Assembly: GCA_001661245.1 (NCBI GenBank)
Contig: KV454015.1
Coordinates: 1,104,924-1,152,060, forward strand
Source of the DNA: Pachysolen tannophilus NRRL Y-2460
Taxonomy: Eukaryota
Direction: 5' to 3'
Length of the DNA: 47,137 nucleotides
In this document: piece by piece, positions 21,163-31,827 of the stretch
Numbering within the stretch: position 1 is the stretch's first letter
How the letters are laid out: the number at the start of each line of letters is the position of its first letter
Made by a program: the position numbers and the translations under genes
The notes under the pieces: generated by a model
Database searches by the model: none
What the model saw: only the letters and a program-made list of their open reading frames with translations
What the model was told of the DNA's origin: nothing

Positions 21163-21380
21163 ATGATAAAATTGATAACGATATCTTGAAGAATTTTCCT
21201 ATTAACAATAATTTTAATGTTATTGCTAAAAATATCAATACAAATGCTATAAAAGGTCCACAAGATGAAATTCAAGTAAAAACTGATTATACTCATTCAA
21301 AAGAGATTATTGTTTTACCCGAGTTAAAGGCCCTTGATCCAAAAGAAGAAGATTATACAACTTGGAAGCATTCTAATTAA
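21159..21380 (+). CDS. Small hypothetical protein (73 aa) overlapping the upstream stop codon (ATGA)
   Basis: ATG-initiated, with protein-like composition (KTDYTHSKEIIVLPELKALDPKEEDYTTW) unlike the flanking intergenic DNA. Family not recognised. Confidence 0.5.
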   Translation: MNDKIDNDILKNFPINNNFNVIAKNINTNAIKGPQDEIQVKTDYTHSKEIIVLPELKALDPKEEDYTTWKHSN

Positions 21381-21462
21381 TGAATTTCCAATATTTTACT
21401 TGATTTATAGAAGCCAAAAATAAAAAAGAAAGAGGAAATTTTATTAATTTCACTGAATATCG

Positions 21463-22050
21463 TTATTGCCCTTTTCTAAATTTACTACTAAAAGTTCCCA
21501 TCTTTGACAATATATTTTGTTTCCTTTCATCATCTAGATTATCTTGTAAGTTAATTTTTTTAGTTTTAAAATCTTCATTTTTACCATTCTTTGTAGCCAA
21601 CCTTGCCTTTTTCATAATCACTTGATGTTGTTCTAATAAACTCATGGAATTTTCACTATTATTGAAAGGATTATCATCTTCATTTGTAGAATTTTGGAAA
21701 ATTTCCTCTGATACTCTTTTCCTCTGATTTTTTTTATCATCATCTTGCGGCCTTAGTCTCATCCATTCCGCATGTTTCAAATCATTAGCATTACCATACT
21801 TCTCAACATACTCTTTATCTTTCAACTCTTGAAATTTCATCAACCTTTCCCGTGCTTTAAACTCTTCTTCTTCTTCATTAATACCAATAAAATCTTTCAA
21901 TGAAGGTCCCATTATATCATCATCACTTTCATTATCGCTTCCACTTTCATTTCCTAAAACCAAACCATTGGGCACATCCCTATTCAACCTCTTATTCCTC
22001 ACCTCCTGAATCTCAACAGGAACCACTGGACCAATCATCCTTGTATTCAT
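21463..22050 (-). CDS. DUF3752/GPALPP1-like protein
   Basis: IGPVVP and MGPSL repeats, HAEWM, SLLEQHQ, C-terminal FSSKFRKG. Confidence 0.65.
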   Translation of the reverse strand: MNTRMIGPVVPVEIQEVRNKRLNRDVPNGLVLGNESGSDNESDDDIMGPSLKDFIGINEEEEEFKARERLMKFQELKDKEYVEKYGNANDLKHAEWMRLRPQDDDKKNQRKRVSEEIFQNSTNEDDNPFNNSENSMSLLEQHQVIMKKARLATKNGKNEDFKTKKINLQDNLDDERKQNILSKMGTFSSKFRKGQ

Positions 22051-22230
22051 CTTTAATTATAATATAACTTGACTTTAAACTGTTAATAAAAACACAGTCG
22101 TGTAATTTTTCAAATTCATCTTTTCGACAGGTCAAAATGAATTTAATTTTTATATTGGAAATATTAATACTTTAAAAGTTGTAAATTATTAACAAGTTAA
22201 CAATTTCATGAAATTAATGCTTATTAAAAA

Positions 22231-23691
22231 ATGAATTTGTTGTCATTGATTTCATTAGTGACTTTTCTATCATCTTTGGTAGAATGTGTTAATGTGAATA
22301 GCAATAATATTGCTGTTTTCAGTTTCCCAATTAAGGAGAATAAATCAAGTGCCGTCGGTGACGTGCCAATTTTAAAAGACGACCAAGCTATTTTAAAATT
22401 AGCTGATAAGTTTGGAATATCAGACAATTATAATTTAAATTACGATGTAAGTATTTGCAGTATTAATTTTTGCTTTTTTTTTGCTTTTTGCCTTTCCAAT
22501 TTGTTGTTCATAAATACTAATATTGTTAATTTTTAAATTTTTATTGATGTATGTATGCAGTCGTTGGATAATTTGGCGCTAATTCTTGGTCAAGATGAAA
22601 TAGAAGAAAATGTCGATAAGATTGATAGAACCAAAGTTATATTAATAGTTAACGGTATAGATGATCCATCTAATTTTTTCAGTAAAGAGAAGGATAAAAT
22701 TGAGCCATTTTTTGAAATTAAGAAAATTGATAAAAAAAATCATAAAGATAGACATGATTTTGTAAAATTTTTACAAGAAATTCCATCTGATTATGAAAAT
22801 TTATATGATTTAACTCCAAATATGTTATCAAATCAATTTAAGATTTTGCAAATTGAAGATAATTCTTTTTTAAAAAAAAATTGGTTTAATTATTTTGGAA
22901 TTAAAAATTTAAATTCAAATGATAAATTGAGATCAATTTGGGAAAGTTTAAAAGATTCATTTCATTTAGAAAATTCAGATTCTTCTTTACTGAAAAGGTC
23001 AATTGATAGAATTACAGATGAATCTTTTATTAATGAATTATCACAACTTAATTTCTTACTTGATAATGTTCATAATAACTATAATCAACAAGATATTGTT
23101 ATTGTTAATTTAAAATCAATCACCTCAATTTTTAAAAAAACTGGATTAAATTCAAATACTTATGATATGTCAAAGAGAATATTATCGAATTTAATCAACA
23201 AGAGCTTGAACAAAAATTTTAACAAATTTGATTCTACAATAATTGTATTACCAATTGATCAAGAATTGACTGATTTTAAAGAATATCATAAGATAAATGA
23301 AAAAATTAAACACTCTTCTCATTTAAAGAAAAGATCTTTGTCATCATCTTCATCTTCATCGAGCTCCTCAGACCTGTGTTTTTTATCTGAAGAATCATGT
23401 TTGTTATCAACTTCATCTTGTTCCAACCACGGTGTTTGCTCTAAAGTAGGCAATTGTTATTCATGTGTTTGTTCTGCTTCTTATAACAAAACTACAAAAT
23501 CAACAACTTACTGGCAAGGTTTCAATTGTTCAAAGAAAGATGTAAGTGTCGAGTTTAATTTGTTCTTGTGGTTCACCATATTCATGACTATTGCTTTAGT
23601 TGCAGGTATAAAATTGATGTTTAGTATCGGAAATGAAGAGTTACCAGGTGTCTTAACTGCTGCAACCATTGCTAAGAAATCTAATGTTTAG
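22231..23691 (+). CDS. Type I membrane protein with C-terminal DUF3844 (Vps3844-like). Exon1 22231-22446, intron 22447-22560, exon2 22561-23691
   Basis: Signal peptide. Cys-rich CFLSEESC...CSNHGVC...CYSCVC...WQGFNCSKKDVS followed by a TM helix and EELPGVL. The intron GTAAGT...TACTAAT...GCAG is phase 0. Confidence 0.8.
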
Positions 23692-23988
23692 AAACTCAAT
23701 TCTTTTCTTAAAATATATATATATATATATATATTTCTCTCTTCTTCCTCCTTTTAAAACAAAAAAACATAATATAAGATATTACTTTGAATTCTTCTTT
23801 AAAAGAGAAAAAAAAATATATATATTTATATAATAATTACTGCTAATTGAGTAGTATTTGATTTATAACCACTGTAGTTAGTTAGTTAAGTACTATTAAA
23901 AAAAAACAAAAAAATACAAATATATTTCCCCTTATTTAATTAAAAATCTACAATTTATGGAATTCATAAACATTTCAAGCAATATACA

Positions 23989-24416
23989 ATGAATTCTGAA
24001 AGACGTAAGTATTTTCTTCTTTATTATATATGATATATTCTATTCATATTGTATTTTGTTTGGTCTTTTTTTGGTTTCACTAACATTTAAATAATTGTTC
24101 TATAGCAAATAATGTATTACAACAAATTCCATTAACTTTGAAACAAAACAGTCTTACAAACAACAAGGCAATAACACTACCATTCGAATATCAACAAATC
24201 ATTCCTTATAGAAAGATCGATTCAGGAGATTATCAAAAGAAATTGGACAGTTTACAATTGGAACTTGAAGGTTTTAAAACTGAACTTGAGGAAAAATCAC
24301 TTCAATTACAACAGAAAAGAGAAATTTTTAATACTTGGAAAAATAGTACTGTAAATAAATTACTGCCGGGATACTTGGATAATACAGAACACATTTTAAA
24401 ACCAAAAGAGAGATAA
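23989..24416 (+). CDS. Small coiled-coil hypothetical protein. Exon1 23989-24004, intron 24005-24105, exon2 24106-24416
   Basis: ATG AAT TCT GAA AGA C|GTAAGT...CACTAAC...TATAG|CA AAT joins in frame with the track ORF at 24138. C-terminus is KL[CTG]PGYLDNTEHILKP. Confidence 0.72.
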
Positions 24417-24713
24417 ATTTTAACAATTAGCTCTATACTTCAACTCTTTAATCTCTCTCATTGATTGACTTATCATCATCACCAGATCAATCGTAGTCGT
24501 GTATTAAAAGGCCACTTGTGGTATTAAAAGACGCTCAATTAGAGAAAAAAAAATTTGATAATAATTTTTTTTTAAAAGAAAGAAAAAAACTGGTGAACTT
24601 TTTGATGAAGAATAAGTCATAAATATATATATAGATAGAGATTAGTTGAATTCATTGAATTGATTGTCAGGTTTAATTATTAACATTATTTTTTCATCTT
24701 TTTTATCTCGGTT

Positions 24714-27017
24714 ATGTCATTTGAACTATTTGGTGAGAAGGGTGGTTCCATTTTGTCAGTGGTCAATAATTTAAAGATTGCTGTGGCTTCATCTATTTTC
24801 TTACCTTCGTTGAAATTAAAATTTGATGAAGATCAAGAAAAATTGGCTTTAAAAGATAAAAAGTCTGAATTTAGGTTAATAGAGCCAAATGCTATTGTTA
24901 AATACTTGGGATCAATTAGTAATAATAATACTAAATCTTTTTTCCAAAAATCATCATTGATTGAATATGAAGAATCTGAAATTTATTCTAGCTTGGTAAA
25001 TAATAATTTTGAAAATATAAATTTTTCTAAAATCAATATTGATAAAGTTGATTCTAAATCAGTTGAACAGATAATTTTATTTTCATCGTTATATCCTTTT
25101 GTATCAAAATTAAATGAAAATGAACAACCATTATGGTTTAAAGAATTTAGTAAAATTCCTGAAGTTTCTCAAAATATAGCATTGATTACTTCCACAATTA
25201 AAGTTGAAAGGTTAAAAGATGTGAATGATGGTCATGTAAATGTTGAACCTGGTTATGAGGTTAAAACTTTTGATGGTGAAATTTTACCAAAAGAAGGTGA
25301 AAAAAATATTTTAATTACTTCTGCTTTACCATACGTTAATAATGTTCCTCATTTAGGTAATATTGTTGGTTCAGTCTTATCAGCTGATATTTATTCAAGA
25401 TATTGTAAATCTAGAAATTATAATTCTTTATTCATTTGTGGTACTGACGAATATGGTACTGCTACTGAAACAAAAGCTTTAGAAGAAAAAGTATCACCAA
25501 TGGACTTATGTACAAAATATTTTAAAATTCATTCAGATGTTTATAAATGGTTTCAAATTGGATTTGATTATTTTGGAAGAACTACTACTGATAAACAAAC
25601 TGAAATTGCTCAAGAAATTTTTTTAAAATTGAACGAAAATGGGTTTTTGGAAACACAAGTTATGAAACAATTATACTGTCCTGAACATCAAGGTTATTTG
25701 GCTGATAGATATGTTGAAGGTGAATGTCCTAAATGTCATTATGAAGATGCAAGAGGTGATCAATGTGATCTTTGTGGTAATCTTTTAGATCCTTTTGAAT
25801 TAATAAATCCTCGTTGTAAATTGGATAATTCAAGACCAGAACCAAGAAATTCAGAACATGTTTTCTTATCTTTACAAAAATTAGAACCAAAATTAAGGGA
25901 ATGGGTTGAAAAGGCTAGCGCAGAGGGAAATTGGTCAAAAAATGCTAGAACTATAACAAACTCATGGTTAAATGAAGGTTTAAAACCTCGTTGTATTACA
26001 AGAGATTTAAAATGGGGTACACCTGTTCCATTAGAAGAATTTAAAGATAAAGTTTTGTATGTTTGGTTTGATGCTCCAATTGGTTATATTTCAATTACTG
26101 CTAATTATTCAAATGATAATTGGAAGAAATGGTGGAAAAACCCAGAAAATGTCCAATTGTATCAATTTATGGGTAAGGACAATGTACCTTTCCATACTGT
26201 GGTTTTCCCATCAACAGAAATTGGTACTGGAGAAAATTGGACTCTTTTACATCATTTGAGTACTACAGAGTACTTACAATATGAAGGTGGTAAATTTTCC
26301 AAGTCAAGAAGTATAGGAGTATTTGGTGATAATGCCGAGGCTTCTGGTGTTCCTCCATCTGTTTGGAGATATTATTTAAGTTCTATTAGACCGGAAACAT
26401 CAGATTCACAGTTTTCATGGGCTGAATTTGTTTCCAAAAATAACAATGAACTTTTAGCAAACTTGGGTAATCTTGTCAATAGATTAGTTAAGTTTGTTAA
26501 TGCCAAATACAATGGTGTTATCCCAAAGACACAAATCAATGTCACTTTAATTGAAGGTCACGAAGCAGTCATGGCTGATATTAATTCTTTATTGAAACAA
26601 TATGTTGAAGAAATGGAGGCTGTTCATTTAAGAAAAGGTTTAGAAATTGCAATGGCAATATCTTCTAGAGGTAACCAATTTTTACAAGAAAATAAATTGG
26701 ATAATTCCTTGTATGAAAACTCTCCTGCTAAATGTGATGCTGTTATTTTAGTTGGGTTGAATATAATATACCTTATCAGTGCTATAATTTCACCATATAT
26801 GCCAGAAACAACAAAACAAATCTCAGAAATGTTGAATGCTCCATTACTTAAAATTCCAGATGAATTCAAAATTTTGTTAAAAGAAGGACACTGTATTAAC
26901 AAGGCCCAATATTTGTTCAAGAGAATTGATGAAAAAAAAGTTGATGAATGGAGAGGTAGATACGGTGGTAAGCAGGAAAAGGAGAAAAAGAAGGAAGATT
27001 CAAAGAAGAAAAAATGA
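24714..27017 (+). CDS. MES1: Cytosolic methionyl-tRNA synthetase
   Basis: TSALPYVNNVPHLGN (HIGH-like), GTDEYGTATE, zinc knuckles, YVWFDAPIGY, KFSKS. Confidence 0.98.
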   Translation: MSFELFGEKGGSILSVVNNLKIAVASSIFLPSLKLKFDEDQEKLALKDKKSEFRLIEPNAIVKYLGSISNNNTKSFFQKSSLIEYEESEIYSSLVNNNFENINFSKINIDKVDSKSVEQIILFSSLYPFVSKLNENEQPLWFKEFSKIPEVSQNIALITSTIKVERLKDVNDGHVNVEPGYEVKTFDGEILPKEGEKNILITSALPYVNNVPHLGNIVGSVLSADIYSRYCKSRNYNSLFICGTDEYGTATETKALEEKVSPMDLCTKYFKIHSDVYKWFQIGFDYFGRTTTDKQTEIAQEIFLKLNENGFLETQVMKQLYCPEHQGYLADRYVEGECPKCHYEDARGDQCDLCGNLLDPFELINPRCKLDNSRPEPRNSEHVFLSLQKLEPKLREWVEKASAEGNWSKNARTITNSWLNEGLKPRCITRDLKWGTPVPLEEFKDKVLYVWFDAPIGYISITANYSNDNWKKWWKNPENVQLYQFMGKDNVPFHTVVFPSTEIGTGENWTLLHHLSTTEYLQYEGGKFSKSRSIGVFGDNAEASGVPPSVWRYYLSSIRPETSDSQFSWAEFVSKNNNELLANLGNLVNRLVKFVNAKYNGVIPKTQINVTLIEGHEAVMADINSLLKQYVEEMEAVHLRKGLEIAMAISSRGNQFLQENKLDNSLYENSPAKCDAVILVGLNIIYLISAIISPYMPETTKQISEMLNAPLLKIPDEFKILLKEGHCINKAQYLFKRIDEKKVDEWRGRYGGKQEKEKKKEDSKKKK

Positions 27018-27376
27018 AAACAACAGATTTTTTTTTTTTAAAAAAGAAAAATCTTTTCACCTATATAGCAACCTATTTTTATTAGTATTAACAATTTGTT
27101 TTTTTTTCTCTTTAATTAACAACAACCAATTCTTTATATATTGCCCCTTTAGAATCTATATATGATTTTAAAATAAATTTTGGACTTGTATTATATAAAT
27201 CGCTGTTGTTGATCAACGATTTGTCAATTTTGAAATTTTTTTTTTTTTTTTTGCTTTTCATCACCACTTTAAAGCAGGAAATGAAAAAAAAAAAAAAAAA
27301 AGGCAAAAATAATTTAAAATGAAAAATTAATTATAATTCTGTAATTCATATATGGTATAGTTTAATAAATAATAGC

Positions 27377-28189
27377 ATGAGTTCCGAAATCATAGCAGAG
27401 GGGGAAAAGCATCTTAAGAATATTCCTTTGGAGGTAATATCTCAAGGAGCAGAAGCACTTATTTTTCGGACAAGTGTTCATCCATACTTACCAGATGGAA
27501 TCAGTCCTGCATTGTTTAAGAATTCTTCATCATATATCATTAAATATAGACCCAAGAAAAAATATAGACATCCAATCTTAGATGTACAGATTACAAAATC
27601 CAGAACGATATCGGAGGCCAAGTTTTTACAAAGATTATTTCAACTTAATATCAGAGCTCCTAAATTGATCTCAGTTGATCTGGCTAATGGTATAATATGG
27701 ATGGAAGATATTGCTGAAAAATTACCAAATGAGAATCCTAGTTCTTTGAAAAATTGGCTTTGGTTTTTAGAACAGAAATCAGAGCAAGATGGTTCTGGTT
27801 GTAGTACAGATCTTGTTGTTGAACAATTGATGATAAATGTTGGGAAATCAGTGGGTGAAATACACTTGAACGATATTGTACATGGAGATTTGACTTCTTC
27901 TAATATACTTTTGGTAGCAGATGATGATGGGGTATGGAATCCAACACTAATAGACTTTGGGTTAAGTTCTGTCTCAGCATTGGTTGAGGATAAAGCAGTT
28001 GATCTATATGTTTTGGAAAGAGCATTGCTTAGTACTCATCCTGTTTATTCTAAATTGTATAATGAATGGTTATTAAAAGGTTATGAGGAAATATATAAAG
28101 AAGGAAACAAGGCAAAGAAGTGCAAAGAAGTTTTCAGACGATTAGAAGATGTCAGGTTAAGAGGAAGAAAGAGAAGTATGTTAGGTTAA
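27377..28189 (+). CDS. BUD32: KEOPS/EKC kinase Bud32
   Basis: ISQGAEA, YRHPILD, HGDLTSSN, LIDFGL, EDKAVDLYVLERA, VRLRGRKRSMLG*. Confidence 0.97.
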   Translation: MSSEIIAEGEKHLKNIPLEVISQGAEALIFRTSVHPYLPDGISPALFKNSSSYIIKYRPKKKYRHPILDVQITKSRTISEAKFLQRLFQLNIRAPKLISVDLANGIIWMEDIAEKLPNENPSSLKNWLWFLEQKSEQDGSGCSTDLVVEQLMINVGKSVGEIHLNDIVHGDLTSSNILLVADDDGVWNPTLIDFGLSSVSALVEDKAVDLYVLERALLSTHPVYSKLYNEWLLKGYEEIYKEGNKAKKCKEVFRRLEDVRLRGRKRSMLG

Positions 28190-28325
28190 TTTGAAAAGTG
28201 AAAAATTGGTAAATATGTAATTTTATAGCGCGCATTTTATACATAATATACTTATTTACTTAACTTACCTGGTTTTATATTGTAACAACACTTAAAGAAT
28301 AAATGTCAAAGATTTATTTATTTAT

Positions 28326-29254
28326 ATGACAATGGAGAATAAGAATTACGATTTCATCTTGAAAGCCGAGCAGGATTTATATCCAATTATTGTTCGAAGG
28401 TTATTAATTTCCAAGAGGCATTTGAATAAGACGTACTCTAAAGATAAATTGAATTTATTGGAATTAGACAATTGGAAGAATTATAAACTTCCTGAGTTGC
28501 TTTATGAAAGATATAAGATAAATAAAGGAAAACTTTGGTTAGAGAAAGATGAATTGGTTAAATTAGTAGATTGGAAACTGTAAGTATGAGATTACAATTA
28601 AAATGTTTAAAATTTTGAAAGCTTTATATGATTAACAAATATTTTAGAGCAAAAGGTAAATTTAGACCAACATTGAAGAAATTAGTATTTTCTAATGATT
28701 CACAATTGATAATAAAAATCACTAAAGAAGCATTTGACATACAGTTTTGTGAGGAAATTTGTCAAGATAACTACGAACAGTTTTTGAAAAAAGCTTTAGA
28801 GAAATTATGTGAATTGAGAGGGATTGGACCAGCTACTGCTTCATTGATACTATCTTTAACTAATGAAATAGAGATGAAAAATTCAATTGTACCACCTTTT
28901 TTCTCAGATGAATCTTTTCTTTGGTTTAACGGGAAAACAGATTCAAAAATCAAGTACAATTTGAAAGAATATTTTGGATTGTTTTTAAAACCCATGGAAA
29001 AGATTGCTGCTGATTTGAATATAAAAGATTTGAATATTATAGAAAAGGGTATTTGGTCTTTAAAAATGTATGATATTTTCTATAAAAATGGGGAATTAGA
29101 AACTTTAGAAACTTTAGACACTTCAGACACTGATGATATTAGAAAAATGAGTTTTACAATTGAAGATTGGATGTTGAGTTATTCAAAACCTACTTCAGAA
29201 ATTCCCGAAATCAAGGAAAACACAGACAGTAATAAACGACGTAAAATTAAATAA
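28326..29254 (+). CDS. Uncharacterised helix-hairpin-helix-like protein. Exon1 28326-28579, intron 28580-28647, exon2 28648-29254
   Basis: Splicing GTAAGT...GATTAAC...TTTAG gives LVDWKLAKGKFRPTL. Also LCELRGIGPATASLIL, PFFSDE and KIKYNLKEY. Confidence 0.8.
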
Positions 29255-29303
29255 TGTATATTGACATGAATATATATAGATATATATACAAGAACATTTG
29301 ACT

Positions 29304-30341
29304 CTATAAGTTTTTAATTAATGGAACTGAACCTTCTGCAGCTTTTTTAAAACTCAGATTTGAATATGGAGAATAGCTCAAGGGTAAAAATTTATCCATT
29401 AAAATATTCTGCAACAATGAAAACCCATTTGAACTAATCCAATATAGACCTAATGCTGCTGGAGCTTGAGTAGAGACAGCAATGAAGAAAGCAATAGAAA
29501 ATCTTGATAAATTGGTCAGCATATCAAATATTGTTGGTCTAAAAGACAATTTTTTCCCCTTATTAGTGAGATTCATCAATTGAATATTTTTGTAATTATA
29601 TTCAACATTTGAAAGTGCCATTAATCCTAATAAAAATGGTAATAAATTATAAGGATCTGGCAAAGTTAAATCAGTAATCCATTGGAAACCTTCTGTGCTC
29701 AATGTTGGGTCAATAGGTTTAACGTTATAACCCAAGACATCCAGTCTCCAACCTGTTAAATTTCTAAATGTTAAACTCAATGATATCCATAATGGAATTT
29801 GTAATAATGGTAAAGTGAAATTTTTCCATATTTGACATTTATTCTCTTTAAAAATTTTCTTTTGTCTTTTCCTAACTTCTTTTGTTGATAATAACATAAT
29901 CTTTTCATAACTCAAATCGGGAGCAGCAAGTAAATCTGTAGCAGCTTTCTGCTGCTGCTGTTGCTGCTGTCGCTGTTCCTGCTGATAATGTTTATTTCCT
30001 AATCTGTGTCTTATTACTGGACCCATTGCGTTTATTAATGGTCTTAAAGAATTCTGCCTCTGTAATCTTTTCCTATTTAATATTGCTAAAGGCAACGTTA
30101 GCACCGACCTAAGCACAAAAGTCGATATAGGAATAAATATGTACCATGGTAAACCACTTATCTGATGAACATATTGAAGTGAATCCGTTAACGAATGTAA
30201 AGTTGATACAAATGGTTCAAATGAAATGGTTCTTCTCTGCTGAAATGACTTCAAATTCCCCCTATTAATATTCACATTAACCGATGCTAGTATCCCACCC
30301 GGCAAAGCTTTACCACACCTGCCTGCTATTACCAAGAACAT
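29304..30341 (-). CDS. COX18: Mitochondrial Oxa1/YidC-family insertase Cox18
   Basis: VHQISGLPWYIFIP..TFVLRSVLTLPLAI, LPLLQIPLWISLSL, DLTLPDP, AALGLYWISSNGFSLLQN. Confidence 0.9.
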   Translation of the reverse strand: MFLVIAGRCGKALPGGILASVNVNINRGNLKSFQQRRTISFEPFVSTLHSLTDSLQYVHQISGLPWYIFIPISTFVLRSVLTLPLAILNRKRLQRQNSLRPLINAMGPVIRHRLGNKHYQQEQRQQQQQQQKAATDLLAAPDLSYEKIMLLSTKEVRKRQKKIFKENKCQIWKNFTLPLLQIPLWISLSLTFRNLTGWRLDVLGYNVKPIDPTLSTEGFQWITDLTLPDPYNLLPFLLGLMALSNVEYNYKNIQLMNLTNKGKKLSFRPTIFDMLTNLSRFSIAFFIAVSTQAPAALGLYWISSNGFSLLQNILMDKFLPLSYSPYSNLSFKKAAEGSVPLIKNL

Positions 30342-30541
30342 TATTCCATTTATTATAAAATATTATAATAAATACTTGTATTTTCTATATATTGAAAAAA
30401 AACATGGAAAAAATAGAAAAAAAAAAAAAATAGAAAAATAAGAAAAAATTTAATAATTGGAAAAAAAAATTGATAAATTTATAATAATTAAATAATTTCA
30501 AATTAATTATAATCATTTAACAAATTCAATAGAGATAGAAG

Positions 30542-30877
30542 ATGTCAACGAGATCTGAAAGAGCGTGTATGTTATGTGGAGTGATTCAGACGTATAGGGA
30601 GTTTGCTAATCATGGATGTCCCAACTGTGAAAGTGTGTTAAGGTTTACTGATAATGATGAAAGTTTTATTAGAGATTGTACATCACCTTCATTTGAAGGA
30701 TTAGTTAGTATAGGTGAACCAGAAGAAAGTTGGGTTGCTCGGTGGTTAAGAGTTGATAATTTTAAGCCAGGATTATACGCTGTCAAAGTTAATGGTAAAT
30801 TGCCCAGTGATATTGTTTCAAGTTTATACGATCAAGGTATACAGTATAGACCAAGAGATGGAAGTATTGTAGATTAA
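30542..30877 (+). CDS. SPT4: Transcription elongation factor Spt4
   Basis: [51 protein letters not shown]. Confidence 0.97.
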   Translation: MSTRSERACMLCGVIQTYREFANHGCPNCESVLRFTDNDESFIRDCTSPSFEGLVSIGEPEESWVARWLRVDNFKPGLYAVKVNGKLPSDIVSSLYDQGIQYRPRDGSIVD

Positions 30878-30894
30878 GTATTATTATTATTCTT

Positions 30895-31530
30895 TCATAT
30901 ACAATCTAATATAATATCTTGAATGATTTTCCCTCTTGGAGGTATTAATTGTTTTAAACCGTTGTTATTAGATAAAGCTTTATTTATGCATTTAATTAGT
31001 TCTTTATTATTGTAATTATCTTTACAATATATTAATAATTCTTTTTTTTCAAATTCATTTATAATATCTAATTGATGAGAATCCAGTAATTCTTGATTAT
31101 TTAAAACAATTAATTTTTTATTTAATCTTAAAGAATCTAAAATCGATCCTGTTCCTCCATGAGATATTATTAATGAAGATTTAGAAGAATAATTTAAAGA
31201 TAAATCTTTATCAAAAGATATTCCTTCCACTATAAAATTACCAATTTTTATTGGTAAATTATACAAAATTGTTATTTTGGATTCATCATTTGAACTAAAT
31301 TCTTCCTTATAGTGAAATTCATTTTTTCCAAAATCTTTACTTAAAGAATTATGTAATGTTTCTAATTCTTTTAAATAAAAATCTTTTGAATTTGAACTAT
31401 TACCAAATTGAATAATTAATTTAGTAAAATTTAAATCAATTAAATGATTGACAAATTCTAATGATAATGATAACTTGATCAATGGCCTGAAAGTTACTGT
31501 AGCACCTGTGGTAACCAATACAAACTTCAT
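30895..31530 (-). CDS. ALG13: UDP-GlcNAc transferase catalytic subunit Alg13
   Basis: VLVTTGATVTF, LIIQFG, LIISHGGTGSILDSLR, NQELLDSHQ. Confidence 0.92.
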   Translation of the reverse strand: MKFVLVTTGATVTFRPLIKLSLSLEFVNHLIDLNFTKLIIQFGNSSNSKDFYLKELETLHNSLSKDFGKNEFHYKEEFSSNDESKITILYNLPIKIGNFIVEGISFDKDLSLNYSSKSSLIISHGGTGSILDSLRLNKKLIVLNNQELLDSHQLDIINEFEKKELLIYCKDNYNNKELIKCINKALSNNNGLKQLIPPRGKIIQDIILDCI

Positions 31531-31755
31531 CTTATCTTATCAGAAAAAAAGAAAAAAAAGCATAGATTTTGGAAACCGTCTTTTTTTCAATCTATTGCCA
31601 GAGTTTGATAAATAAAACTTGAATTATTAAAACTATCTCTGTTTCTATCTGTCTATATCTATTTATTTATTTATTCATTCAACTTTTAAGTATGGAGATT
31701 GGGCCCACCGTTTACCTATGAGTGTAAAACCAGCAGTACGCCTTCCAGTTTACGA

Positions 31756-31827
31756 GGGCGTGTGGTCTAGTGGTATGATTCTCGCTTTGGGTGTGAGAGG
31801 CCCTGGGTTCAATTCCCAGCTCGCCCC
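31756..31827 (+). tRNA. tRNA-Pro(UGG), intronless
   Basis: GGGCGTGTGGTCTAGTGGTATGATT-CTCGC-TT TGG GT-GTGAG-AGGC-CCTGGGTTCAATTCCCAG-CTCGCCCC, followed by a poly-T terminator. Confidence 0.96.

Noticed and set aside
20069..21442. Similar A-rich strings AAGCCAAAA(A)TAAAAA(A)GAA(A)GAG near 20075 and 21410 flanking the small ORF pair
   Set aside because: They are short, low-complexity and imperfect, which is not enough to call LTRs or target-site duplications.
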